A stretch of DNA of 63,747 nucleotides, counting the filler, from Olpidium bornovanus S191 (lineage: Eukaryota > Fungi > Olpidiomycota): assembly GCA_017911155.1 (NCBI GenBank). It is 29 parts of 29 records of this genome, joined end to end, with 100 filler letters (N's around TTAATTAATTAA, not from the genome) between each part and the next. Parts side by side here need not be neighbours in the genome. Positions count along the whole stretch, not along the records: positions 1 to 4,400 come from JAEFCI010001012.1; positions 4,501 to 5,563 come from JAEFCI010010248.1; positions 5,664 to 7,827 come from JAEFCI010001861.1; positions 7,928 to 12,608 come from JAEFCI010005854.1; 25 more parts are not named here. The stretch is one strand, 5' to 3'. The notes below the pieces were generated by a model. It was not told where the DNA came from. It saw only the letters and a list, made by a program, of their open reading frames with translations, and did no database searches. Numbering within the stretch: the stretch's first letter is position 1; every line of letters starts with the position of its first letter. The position numbers and the translations under genes are program-made. Of this stretch, positions 1-11,928 are shown in pieces.

Positions 1-295
1 AAGAAAAAGGTATTCTAACGGTCGCCAGAAAAAAAAAAAAACACCGAGTATCAGGGGCGCCCTGGCGCAATCTCCAAAAAAAAAGAGGAAGCGACACTCG
101 CTAGTGTGTAGCAGATGCATGGTGAGGGCAGCTGCAGGGTCCTTGCCGAGCAACACCACGACGGCGTGCCCGTTTTCCCCGGCGTCATGGCGTTTTCTCG
201 TGCTCAAACAGTAAAAATGGTTTCTGCGGAGAAACTCTTCTCCCGTCCTCCGCCGATTCCGCCCGCACACTTTCCCCCCCCCCCCCCCCCCCCCC

Positions 296-384
<89 letters not shown>

Positions 385-447
385 AGAAAGCGAGAGAGAG
401 AGAGAGAGACACGAGCTGCCCACAGAAAAAAAAACCTCCCAATTCCA

Positions 448-1514
448 ATGGCCGCCCGCGCTGCCAACTTCGTCCTCCGTGGAGTGGACGCCTTCTCGCG
501 CTTTGTGCATCACCTGCTCACAGCGCCGCTGGTCTTCGCGGGGCTGCTCCCGGCACCGCGGCCGCTCAAGCCTTTGGAAAGCCGTTACGTTGTTGTCACC
601 GGGGCATCCAGCGGGATCGGGAGAGACGCCGCCCGCACCTTGCGAAAGGCCGGCTTCTCCGTTTGGGCCGGCGTGCGCAAGGACGCCGACGCCGAAAGCG
701 TGCGCGCCGACGGCCTCCTGCCGCTGATGATCGACGTCGCGGACGACGACTCGGTTGCGCGCGCGTTCAACGAGGTCGCCGCCGCTCTCGCCAACCAGCC
801 CGGCTCGATGCTGGTGGCCGTCGTCTCTAACGCCGGCGTCATGGGGAAGGTCGGGCCCGTCGAGTGCCTCCCCTTGAAGAACGTGAAGGACACTTTCGAG
901 GTCAACGTTTTTGGGGCGCTCAGGACGGTCCAGGCTTTTCTGCCGCTAATCCGGGAGGCCAGGGGACGCGTTGTCGTTGTCGGGAGTGTGCTTGGCGTCG
1001 TCACGCAGCCCGGTTACGTTCAGTACTGTATGACGAAGTACGCGTTGGAGTCCTTGGCTGACGGCTTACGGCGCGAACTGGCCCCGCTTGGCGTTACGGT
1101 ATCGCTGCTGGAACCTGGACCGATCTTGACGGTGCGCGCCGAGCCCTTGTCTATTCCTGTCTGTTACAGAAAGAGAAGCTTTGAAACTATACTGATTTTG
1201 ACCTCCGCTTGCAGCCCATCACCGAAAAATACGAATCCGCCGAACTTGACGTCGACCCTTCGACTCGCAGCCTCTACAGTTACGTTTGGAAGTTTGGACG
1301 TGAGGTTTCGCCGCTGATGTTCAACACGTTCGGCGTACCCGTTTCCTTCACTTCCGACGCAATCGTTCACGCGATTACCGCGAGGTACCCTCTTGATCGC
1401 TACCGCGTCTCTTGGGCCGCGTACTTTGTCACCGAGGTTATGAACAGGCTCCCGACCCAGGTCGAAGACGTTGCGATGTACAAGATGTTTTCCTGGATGA
1501 GCAGGGGGTCATAA
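448..1514 (+). CDS. Classical short-chain dehydrogenase/reductase (RDH/17-beta-HSD-like), 2 exons (448-1131, 1215-1514), about 328 aa
   Basis: TGASSGIG cofactor motif, NAG and catalytic YCMTK. The GT-AG intron 1132-1214 (ACTGAT branch) joins ORF 115..1317 in phase to ORF 1209..1514. Confidence 0.9.
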
Positions 1515-2825
1515 ACCCCGCTGTTCCGCCCAAAATTCGGACACCAGCATTCTAAAGGTTTATCCACCGATTCCCAGTGGGTCAAGATGCCACACCGGAT
1601 CGATCAACTATTTGCCGGTAGCAAATGAATCGGCAGGGCGTGCAAGGCGAAGAATGGATTTTCATTTGTCACGTTAGCAAAATCAATCGCCAAAGGGAAA
1701 CAAAAGGGCTTTCTCATCTTTTGCAATACATTTCGCTCTACCTCGGTGGGCTCCGCTCCCTTAGGGATAGCCCGGGGTCACCTAGGGATAGATCGGGGTC
1801 ACTTTTTGAAGTTCTCATTTCGCCTGGCGTCTTCGTGAAATTTTCTTGAGTTGCTTGCATTTCGAACGCTGCGGAGAAAGCGAGGAGGTGGTATTATACG
1901 GGCGCCATCAGTGCGTGTAGTGTGTGTGCGGGCGGACCCGGAATCGAATCTCAACACCCGCTCTTGCACAGAGCACGAAACGCTTGAATGGGAATGAAAC
2001 GAAAAGGATTCGACAATCGGAACATTTTAGAACGAATTGTTAAGCAGAAAAATGAATTTCAGCCTGCAAGGAAACGTACCCGACTGTTGAGGGCAAATAA
2101 TGGTTGGCATCAACCTCTTAGTCTCTGTACTGTAGAAGCAAAAAGGATACTTGCGGATCTCATAGGGAAAAAAGGAAATTTGAGGATATCATGGAAAAAC
2201 GAGTCGAATACGAAGAGAAATAACGAGTCGAATACGAAGAGAAATGAGAGAAAAAACGAAATGCGTGGCAAGGCGCTCCACCGCGAATTTACCGCTTGCA
2301 ATTTCTCATAGGCTCGGCTGGCACCCTCAACGTAATTTTTTTGATGCCAATGTTTTATTTTTTTATTTTTCTATTTTTTTTTGTTTTATTTCATTTTTTT
2401 TTTTGGTGGCAAACGCGCGTATGCGGTGCCACCCGCAACTTTATTCCCGTTCACTCTGCTTTTCCGGCTGAACCGCCTTGTCAACGAAACTATTTACCTT
2501 TACAGTCGCGTGACCGGGAAAGCTATAAGAATAAGACGATGACGGGCGTGGGCGGAGCGGGCTGTAATTTTTTGTTGGTCTTTTTCTTTTCCGCGCCTGC
2601 GAACTCGCGTGTGATGTTCGAAGCGCCTCTGGGGAGGAGGAGCGCGGGCGTCGCGTTGCAACAAATTACAAGAAGTTCTTTCAAACCGGGCGAGTGGTCA
2701 ACGTACGGTGGAGGACGGCGGGGCGGTTGCATAATATGTAGAAGGTCCGTTTGCCACGGAAAACAAGAACACAAAAAGAAAGAAAGAAAGTCTATGTGGG
2801 GGGGGAAGTGGAAGTTTCCTGTCGG

Positions 2826-4400
2826 TCAGTACGGAAATGACGGCGGGTGCCGTTGATGATACTGCTGATCTGGAGCCGGCGAGCCGCCGTCGCCAAAGAA
2901 GCCGTGGTGCGGGCTTGGCGAAAGGCTCTGGCTCAGCAGCGCATGGCTTTGTCCGCCGTCGGCGGCGGGGCGGCCGTATTGGGGCCCTTCGGAAGCGGCC
3001 TGGGCCATCAGCGGCTGGACCGACGCCATCTCCACCGGGTAGCCGAACTGGGGGCTGGCGGAACCGCTGAGGTCCCCGCGCGGCACGCCCGGCGACACGT
3101 CAACCGGGTAGTCCAGCGGCACGTCGACGATGAAGCCGAAATGGGGGTTGGAAGTTGGCGGGCGCAGGTGCTGCTGGCCCGGGGAACCAAACGGCACGAC
3201 GTGCGGCGACACGCCGAGCGCGGCCGGTTCCGCGGGCGAGTTGTCGACGGCTGACGTGTGCGCGGCGAAGGCGAACTCCGAGCCGTAGTCCGAGACGAAA
3301 GATGGGGCGTAGGTCGTTGACGGGCGGCGATCGTGCCCGGGTGTCGCGCCGAACAGGAGGTTCTCGCGGACCTCCCAGGTGCTGGCGCCGCCGACGGCAA
3401 ACTCCAGGTCCTCCGTCGTGATCGAGTCCCAGTATTTGTAGACCATCAGGACGGCTCCAAGGTTGAACAGAGTGCCGAAAAAGATGGCGTCCACGTAGTG
3501 ATCGGTGAACGTGCAAATGCTGGTCCCGAACAGGAAGAGGCAGGCATACGAAATGGCAAAGAATACCGCGCCGATGAGGATATCGCCTGATCGGTAAAAA
3601 AGAGACGCGGGGGGCCGGCAAGCGCAGAGGTTAGTGTCCTCTCGGGTGTCGATGGCGAATGAACCGCTCTATGCGAACTCACCAACTGGCCACCTCGAGT
3701 CCAGCGTGTGAACAACCAAGACAATCTGCAGGACAACTGGACGTAAACCGAGGTCAACATGCAGGTAACAGGGAATGAGCGAATGGCCCCGGCGAAACTC
3801 CGACTTACTGTAAATGGCGAGGAAAGCCCCATTAAGAAAAAAGTAATACACCCACAACCCCGACGGGCTTGCCCGATTGAAGATGTTGAAGGTGCCGCTA
3901 AAAGTGTCTATGGCCACGAAGTAGCCTATGGCGCAAATGACGGCCGAAGATAGCCGCACGAGCCAGACGCTTTTTCTTGTCCCGTCCTCGATAATCTGGA
4001 AACTGACGAGGCCGTTGACAAACAGGCACCAGAATGTCGCGCTGATGAGGCCGATGTGAAGTGCAACACCGTGCTGTTTTTTTGCGAGTTTTCATCGGTT
4101 AGTATTCGCGGAGCGGCCCCAACCCCGCGCGGGCAGAACGACTGGCAGCACGGTCCCGTATACCGGGTATAGGCGATCGGAGGCTCGGATCGCGCCGGTA
4201 GTCAGGAAGAGCTCAACGAAATGGGTCAGTAGATACAGGTAGAAGAAGATGACCATTTCCTTCCGTCCTGTTTCGGTGGGCGTGAGAAGCTAGGCATTAG
4301 CGGGCAAAGGAGACCCGGGAGCGCATTCCGCGACATCCATCGGCGATCTCCTCTGACTTACCGACGGATGTGTACTTCGACTTAACGTGGAAGATCATGA
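2826..4400 (-). CDS. CHS7: Chitin synthase export chaperone Chs7, 5'-partial, multi-exon
   Basis: Spliced translation gives [60 protein letters not shown] and HYVDAIFFGTLFNLGAVLMVYKYWDSITTEDLEFAVG, all characteristic of Chs7. Intron 3587-3682 has canonical ends. Stop at 2826-2828. Confidence 0.9.
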
Positions 4401-5411
4401 NNNNNNNNNNNNNNNNNNNNNNNNNNNNNNNNNNNNNNNNNNNNTTAATTAATTAANNNNNNNNNNNNNNNNNNNNNNNNNNNNNNNNNNNNNNNNNNNN
4501 CATGCATATACACCCTGCTCCTTTACATAAATAATACAATGTTTCCACGTTATCCTTCGAAGTATAATTGCACTCTGTTTCATACGTGTATAATTTAAAA
4601 TTCACAATGAGCGGCCACGAAATCAGCGTACGGCGAACCCGCCGCGTGAACGCGCTCAGTGTCAACGACTCCTGGGTCGCTCACCCGGCCCTTGGCGGCT
4701 GTGAGAGGAGCTGGTATCCGCCGGGTAATTCGTCGCCGGCGGAACAAAAAAAAAAAAAAGGTTTCTCGCGGCCCTCGCAAGGTCGTTCGCGCAGGCGGTG
4801 TTCCGCGCGATTTCTGCGGCGTTCTCTTTTCCGTTTCCGTTTCCGTTTCCGTTTTTTTTTTCCCTTGGGAATCCGGACGAGCGGCGTGGAGGGGGGAGCC
4901 GCGAATTTCCTCCCCCTTCCGCCGCCCCCCCCCCCCCCCCACCCACCCCGCCCTCCGCCTTCTTTTCCCCGGAAATTCCGCAGATGCCCAGCTGCTGCGC
5001 ACCAGCAGCACCAGCAGCAGCTGCAGCAGCCGAAAAGCTTCGGCGCTTTTGAAAGGCGCGACCTACATGGCCGTCTCTCCCATCCGGACGGCCGCCGCCG
5101 CCGCGCGCCGGGCGGCTTCGGCGGCGACGGCCGCAGCGCGCTGCCGCCACTCCTCCTCCCTCGGCGGCGGCGGCGGCGGCGAAGGCGGCGCCGCTTCACG
5201 GCAGCGGCGCCGCGGGTGCGGCGGCAGCGGCAAGCTCTGGACGGCGGCCCCCGCCGCGCCTGCAGACGTCGTGGTCCCCCACAAGATGCTCAAAAGCAGC
5301 CCCGCCGCCGTCGACCTCGCGAACGGCCACGACGAGGCGAAAGAGGGCGGCGGCGGCGGCGGCAAACGCGCGCCCGCGCGCCGCCGGGCCGCGCGGCCGA
5401 CTACGGCCACG

Positions 5412-5455
5412 ATGGCGCTCTCGCTGCAGCGGGAGCTGAACCGCATGTTTGACGA
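5412..5455 (+). CDS. Possible first exon of a small heat-shock (Hsp20-like) protein; the rest is off the contig
   Basis: MALSLQRELNRMFD followed by a GTGGGT donor-like site resembles sHSP N-termini. No alpha-crystallin domain is visible, and an upstream in-frame ATG exists at 5067. Confidence 0.25.
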
Positions 5456-7927
5456 GTGGGTTTTCGTTTTTATGAAAAAAGAGGAAGCAAAACACCGGGT
5501 TTCCGGCGGAGGGGGAGTACAAAAAAAAAAAAAAAAAAAAAAAAAAAGGAAACGCGGGTTGTCNNNNNNNNNNNNNNNNNNNNNNNNNNNNNNNNNNNNN
5601 NNNNNNNTTAATTAATTAANNNNNNNNNNNNNNNNNNNNNNNNNNNNNNNNNNNNNNNNNNNNCGCAGACACTCTGCACCCGTACCGTCCGTGATAAAAT
5701 TCGCCGGATCTCTCGCTCGTGGAGACCCTACTCCATCACACGTATTTCCCGGTAACACGGAATGCAGTCGTGAGGTGCATGCTGTTGGCGACCAGGCCTC
5801 ATGAAAACAGGGCCACGCTTTTAGTCATTCCCGCATATCTCCTCTCCTCCTCGCACCCTTCCCCACACTTTCCTCCTCTACGGCTGGTGAATAATACCGT
5901 GACTTGCATTTATAGTTGGAAGCGTCCACACTGACGCTTGGAGCCAAAATGGCGTTTGGCACAACAATCCCTCATTCAATCAATTTCAAGGCGTGTCCAT
6001 GCGCATGAATAGGTTGGCCCACATTGCCGGTCTGGTGATTCATCCTCAAACCCATCTGTCCTCGGACACGGTTGCCCCGCCGCCGAATACCAGTTGGGAG
6101 TTCATTTTTATACTCCTCCTTCTGGCGGTGCATGCTGGCTTTATCAGAAGATGCCTGTCGCCTAGACTATTTGTTTTGCCGCGCCCGCGCGCAACCGATC
6201 ACAACGTTACTGTGTCAAAAACAAAGCGTTTACACTTTCGGATTTTTTTTTTAAATACGCACCATATCTTCAAGCTGAACGAAAAAGTTTTCGTAACATT
6301 TTTCGGATCGCACGTCGCTTCCCCTTCCGGCGATAAGGGTCCTTGAAATCAAAAGGCGCCGAGGCACGGCGGTTCGTGGAAGTTGAATTCGCCCGGTGCA
6401 AAGGGCGGGGAAACTGTGAGCCTCACGCGGCCCGTCGTCGTCTCGGCCGGGCGAACGCCGTGGGATGTTCATCGGCGGGTATACCCCGCTCGCCCCGGCG
6501 CGTTTGCGCATTCGAGCTTTGGCGAGAGGCGTCAGCATTCCTCGGGCCGTTGCTCCGCTTTCCTCCGAGGATGCTCACCCCCAAGTCCCCGAGTTGATGT
6601 ACACAATCGCGGTTTCACTCGAAGACATCATTACGGTCATTTTCGGGTCTTATTCTTTAGTCGTTTTATGATACATCAATAAGGGGGGTGGGAAACTGTC
6701 GAGGTGGTTGAGCTGAATTCAATTGATTTACGTATATATTAATGTTCCCCTTTATAAACTCGCCCTGCTTCCCCTTCTCCGCTTTTCTCCCAAACCTTCT
6801 CCTCAAACGGATAATAAAAAAGGCGCACTTCCTTCAAGAGGTTATGAGCCCAAGGGCGACTGCCCTGTCCCGACTCCTTCGCGCGCCGTCATCTGCCGCG
6901 CCGCCGCCGTGCCCTCCGCCGCCGCCCAGCCGTCGGCCGCCGCCTCCCGGTTATAAAAGCCGACCGCCGCCCGCCCAAACGTCCCCTCCTTCCCTAGACC
7001 CCAACGCGGCGCCGCTCGCCTTCCCCCAAACGCTCGACATGGACCCGCGCTCTCTCTCTCTCCCGGACAAACCCCTCTTCCGCCGCCCTCCCTTCTTGCC
7101 GCCGCTTTTTTACCTACGCGCTCTGGGGATAAGAACGCCTCGGCACAAACCGCTCCTCAAAAAGGGAAAGAAAAGCCCCCGCCCCGCCACCGGCTGCAGC
7201 CGGCCGACGGCGACGGTCGCCGCATCAGCGAGTGGATCGGCAAACGAAATTCGGAGGACAAAAGCGGGGGCATGAGGACAACGAAAGACAGTCACCCGAG
7301 GGCCGTACTCGACTAGCCTAAACAATCGATGAGAACCTCGTCTGCTTGGAGACGCTTAAAGCGTCCAAACCCAGGAATATTCGCCGTGGCGGGGGCAGCC
7401 TTCTGTACCACGATTGAGGGGGGCCGGTAAGGTGTGATCCGGGCAATGCGCATAACTATTGGGCGCTTTCATGTGCTGCTAGCACTTGCGATCACGTTTC
7501 ATTCCACTGAAACCAAGGCTGGTAAAAGCCCCATCCGCGCGACGGTGCATCGCATTCGACCATACCTAAATAACACAATTGGCGGTTCAAACCAATCACT
7601 TCAGCTACTATGGCAAGTTTACAGGACTTATCTCATCAAACATATTGTTCAACTTTCTTCGTCTGTGTTTTGGAACCGCCCGCAGTGTTTCCGGGCCGCG
7701 CCATTGCCATGGCCTGGTCACGAATTGCCTTATCTTTATTCAATAAAAACGTATCTTCTCTCGTTTTGCTTCCATATCTTGGTTTCCTCTGCGTTTGGGG
7801 CCCCCTCCCGTCCTCACCGGCGATTTCNNNNNNNNNNNNNNNNNNNNNNNNNNNNNNNNNNNNNNNNNNNNTTAATTAATTAANNNNNNNNNNNNNNNNN
7901 NNNNNNNNNNNNNNNNNNNNNNNNNNN

Positions 7928-8312
7928 GCGCGTGCCGCCGAGGATCGGAGAATGCCAAGGAGATCTGAGCAAGTCGGTCGAGTTGCTGAGAAGCTGAGGG
8001 ACAGAAAGACGCCGGATGAATGGAAGGCGAAGGGCTCGGCGAAGGAAAAGATCGCTGAAGAGTGCAAGAAGTTGCGTGAAAATGGGGCCTGTTTTTTTCT
8101 GCAAGCAACCTGGACACTTTCAATCCAACTGTCCTAAGAAGCCGGCAAAAACCGAAATGAGGGCACGCCAGCCGGCAAGGTGCACCCTCCGATCAGTCAA
8201 CCGAAAGAAGAAGTGGGACCCGTACGGATTCCGGAGGACACCTCTTTCAACGTAAGCATAGAAATTGACGGCACGCCAGGTATTGCCACAATCGACAGTG
8301 GGTGTACCAGCA
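7928..8312 (+). mobile_element. Ty3/gypsy-like retrotransposon fragment (gag zinc knuckle + start of aspartic protease), decayed and truncated
   Basis: KKLRENGACFFCKQPGHFQSNCP (CCHC knuckle, frameshift in a T run) followed by FNVSIEIDGTPGIATIDSGCTS (retropepsin DSG). Opposite strand to the adjacent copia element. Confidence 0.7.
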
Positions 8313-8451
8313 TGCTGTGTGGTCAAAAGCTCTTTATTTACGGGGTATGCGTGAAGGGCAGGAGAGAGGGAGAGAGGGGAAGAGCGTTCTACGGTATCCT
8401 CCGAGTCACGTGAATATGGTATAGTACAGGCCAATGGAGCACAGGACAACA
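8313..8451 (-). repeat. Putative 3' LTR (about 139 bp) of the copia element, preceded by a polypurine tract at 8452-8459
   Basis: On the minus strand, shortly after the RNase H stop, GCAGGGGGG is followed by TGTTGTCC...AATAAAG...CACACAGCA, giving TG..CA ends and a poly(A) signal. An alternative distal end at 8303 is possible. No second LTR is available to confirm. Confidence 0.65.
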
Positions 8452-11400
8452 CCCCCCTGCACTGCAAGGCGTCATTGACACTGCAGCAGCGAATCGCGAT
8501 TGCTACTGACGCCCATCGGCTCCGCGCGTTTCCTCCACAATCCCGAGAGCCGCGACATGCTTGCGGTGCTTGAGAATGCCGAGAGCCTTGGTGAACACAT
8601 CGGCAGTCTGGGCTTCGGTTGGTACGGTTGCGAGCGCAATTTCCTTCTGGGCGACACGCTCGCGGACAAGGTGATAGCGGATGTCGATGTGCTTAGTACG
8701 TCCATGATTGACCGGGTTGTTGGCGAGTAGAAGAGCGGCGCAATTATCCTCGTGGATGGTGATGGGTTGGCTGACTCCCACGCCAAGATCGCGGAGAAGA
8801 TTCCCAAGCCAAATTGCCTCCTTTGTCGCCTCGGCCAGCGCTATGTACTCGGCTTCCGTAGTTGAGGCTGCAACGACTTCTTGACGTTTGCTGCGCCAAA
8901 CGATTCCTCCGTCAGCGAGCAGGTAGACATGTCCGCTAGTGCTCCGGCGCGTGTCGCGGCCCTCCGCAAAGTCCGCGTCGCAGAAGCCGATTATTTCTGG
9001 GTTTCCAAACACGCGATACCGCAACTGCGCCGTCGTGGTGCCGGATAGGTATTTCAGGACTCGTAAGGCAGCCGTCCAGTCTAAGGCGCGCGGTTCGGAT
9101 TGCTTGCGGCCGAGGCACCCAACCACAAAGGCGATGTCGGGGCGGGTGCACATGGCGACGTATAGTAGTCCGCCGATGAGCTCACGGTACTATGTGGCAT
9201 CAACCAGGCTGCCCCGCGTTTCAAGCGGGGCCTTCTCAATGATCCCTCCGGGGGTCGACGGCGGCTTGGCATGTTCCTGGCCAAATTTCTTGACCATGAC
9301 AAGGATGTAGTCTTTCTGATCAAATGCAATGTGTCCCCGAGGACCGTGATAGCGGGAGATGCGGATTCCTATAATGCTCCTAGCCTCTCCATCATCCGTG
9401 AGGCCGAAATCTGCCGCCAAAGCCCTCTTGATTTGTTCGATCGTGTCACAGTTTTTGGCGAAAATCATCAGGTCGTCGACACAAGAGAGGATCCAGGAGC
9501 AATCGCCACTCGCTTCACGCCTGGTGTATGCGCCGTACTGCGGGTATGCGCCGAAAGCCTTGTGCCTCAAGGGCAGCTCGTAATCGAGCGTTCCAGGTGC
9601 GCCCAGCTTGTTTGAGTCCATATAGCGCTTATTGAAGTCGTAGTCCAGAACCCGCGTCTGCATGAACTTCGACGCCTTCAGGGACTTCCATATAAATCTC
9701 CTCGTCAAGGTTCCCGTTGAGATAGGCCGACTTGACGTCGACCACGCTAATCTCCATGTCCTGCTTGGCTGCGAGAGTGATGGCGATTCGGAGCGTTCCT
9801 AGGCGCATGACGGGAGCGAAGGTGTCGAAGAAGTCAACACCCGCCACTTGCGAGAAACCTTTTGCGACGAGTCTCACCTTCCTCTTCTTGATGCGACCGT
9901 CCGCGTCCCGCTGGGTACGAAATACCCAGCGGCAGCCTACGAGTTTTCTCCCCTCGGGTAGGCAAGTGGGCTCCTGATCCCACGTTCCATGGTGGCGGAG
10001 CGACGCCAATTCTGATCGCCTCCTTCCTCGCCTCACTCTTTGGGACCACCTATGGCTTCCTGATAATTGCGTGGATCCGCGGGCACCTCCGCGGCCACAA
10101 GACACTCCGCATCCTGCACGTCGGTGTCGTCGTTTGCAATGTCCGCCTCTGCAGTATCCTCAGGGTGGCTGTCTTGGTATCGGGAACTCCAGACGCGAGG
10201 GTGATTGCGATGCCTGGACGACCTGCGCGACTGCTGCTGCAGCCCCGTGTCGGATTCATATGCGGGTTCCCACGTCTCAGGCGCTCCATCAGTCGGTTCC
10301 TCATCGGGATCCACAATGTATGCGGGCTCCTCCGGCTTCGCATCCATGTCCCAAAACCCGCTGATCGCCTCGTGGAAGGTGACGTCCCGGCTCCAAAGGA
10401 TGCGCTTGGTTTGAGAATTCCACAGCCACCATCCCTTGCGCGACTGACTGTATCCAACCATGATGGCATCCTCCGTCCGATCTGCCAGCTTGCCTTTCCT
10501 ACGCGTCTCGGGCACAAGCGCTTGTGCGAGACATCCAAAAACGCGGAGGTGTTTAATGGCTGGCACTTTATCTGTCCACACTTCATGTGGCGTCTTGCCT
10601 TCGAGGGCGTGGTGGGGAAGACGATGATACAGGTAAGCAGCGGTCAACAGCGCCTCCCCCCAAAAGGAATCTGGGGCAGAGTGATGCTTCAATAGGGTCC
10701 GCGTTTTCTCAGTGAGAGTACGGTTTAGTCGCTCTGCGAGGCCGTTCTGCGATGGCGCATCCCGCACCGTCACCTGATGATTAATTCCCTTGCGCGCTAG
10801 GTATTCGCCCCATGCCGCCGTCAGGTACTCCCCCCCGCCATCCGTCTGCGAAATGCGAATCTCACCGCCATGGGCGGCACGCGCAAACGCGCGGAAGAGA
10901 CGGAATTTTTGAAAGCACTCAGACTTCTCTCGCATCAGGTACACATGGACGTAGCGGCTGCGCTCATCAACGCAAGTCGCAGCATAGCGGGCTCCCCCGA
11001 GTGATGCAACGGGGAAGGACATTACGTCGGAATGCACTTTCCCGAGTATTCTCCTGGCGGGGCTCCCCTCCTGGTCCCGTGGCCTTGGCTGGTTCGCGCC
11101 CTTGGCACGTGCGCAGATCGTACATGGCGTATTTCCCTCAGGGTCCCCGAACGAACCCATGGCCTTGTCAATGTCTCTGCGCGGGTGGCCAAAACGTGCA
11201 TGCCAAAGCGAACCCTTCTCAGGCGAGGAGGTCGCCGCGACAAGTGCAGTGTCGGTCGCCTTTCCGGCGGGCGCCTCAGTTGTTGGAATGATGTCCAGGG
11301 TGCAGAGGTTATTCTTTTTCTTTGTTCCCGTGCCCAAGAGTTGTCACTTGAAGATCAACTTGCACTTCGCGCCTTCCATCTCCATGCAGATGCCGCTGGC

Positions 11401-11823
11401 AGTAAGCTGACCAACGGAGATGAGATTTTTGATTATCCCAGGCACGATGCGGATGTTGCGGATGCACGCAGCTCTCTGGGTCCCAGCCAGCCGAATGTGC
11501 ATGTCTCCCATCCCGGTGACTGCGAGTTGGGCGTTGTTGCCGACACGGAGGGGACTCACGTTGCCCACGGTGCGGAAATTCTTGAGGCCTCCAGCAGAAG
11601 CCGTGACATGATATGAAGCACCAGTGTCAATGATCCACTCTCCGGCGGTCGCGGTCCCTGAGGCACCTGAGGCCACGAATGCGATGTCGCGACTCTCGCG
11701 GTCGACTTCCCTTTCCTCCAGAAGTAGGTTCACGGAACTGTCTTCAGAGTCGTCAGTCTCCTCACTTTTGGGCTGGCCTTTCTTCCCCTTTTCGCCTCGA
11801 GTACCTCGCTTGCGGCGGGGGTT

Positions 11824-11928
11824 GTCATTGCTGCTCTTGTCATTGCTGCTCTTGGCGCTGCTGCCCTTGGCGCTGCTGCCCTTGGCACTGCTGTCTTTGG
11901 CGCCGCTGCCCTTTGCGTTGCTGCCCTT
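11824..11928 (-). repeat. 7 x 15-bp imperfect tandem repeat inside copia gag, encoding KGSSA-type pentapeptides
   Basis: Units read directly: gtcattgctgctctt x2, ggcgctgctgccctt x2, ggcactgctgtcttt, ggcgccgctgccctt, tgcgttgctgccctt. Confidence 0.9.

Noticed and set aside
115-447. Poly-Pro/Lys/Gly/Phe ORFs and ORFs running into X residues throughout the track
   Set aside because: They are translations of homopolymer runs, microsatellites and N spacers; many long overlapping ORFs are GC-rich shadows of real genes.
2198-2245. 24-bp tandem duplication between the SDR and CHS7 3' ends
   Set aside because: Two copies only, in intergenic or UTR DNA, with no sign of function.
4445-4456. Regularly recurring TTAATTAATTAA palindrome as a CRISPR repeat or biological motif
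   Set aside because: It is always flanked by exactly 44 N on each side, so it is a synthetic linker.
5664-7827. ORFs on this contig, and similarly at 27303-28742, 46829-49129, 55553-57230 and 57331-58859
   Set aside because: No recognisable domains or consistent splice models. Real exons may be present, but I cannot support a call.
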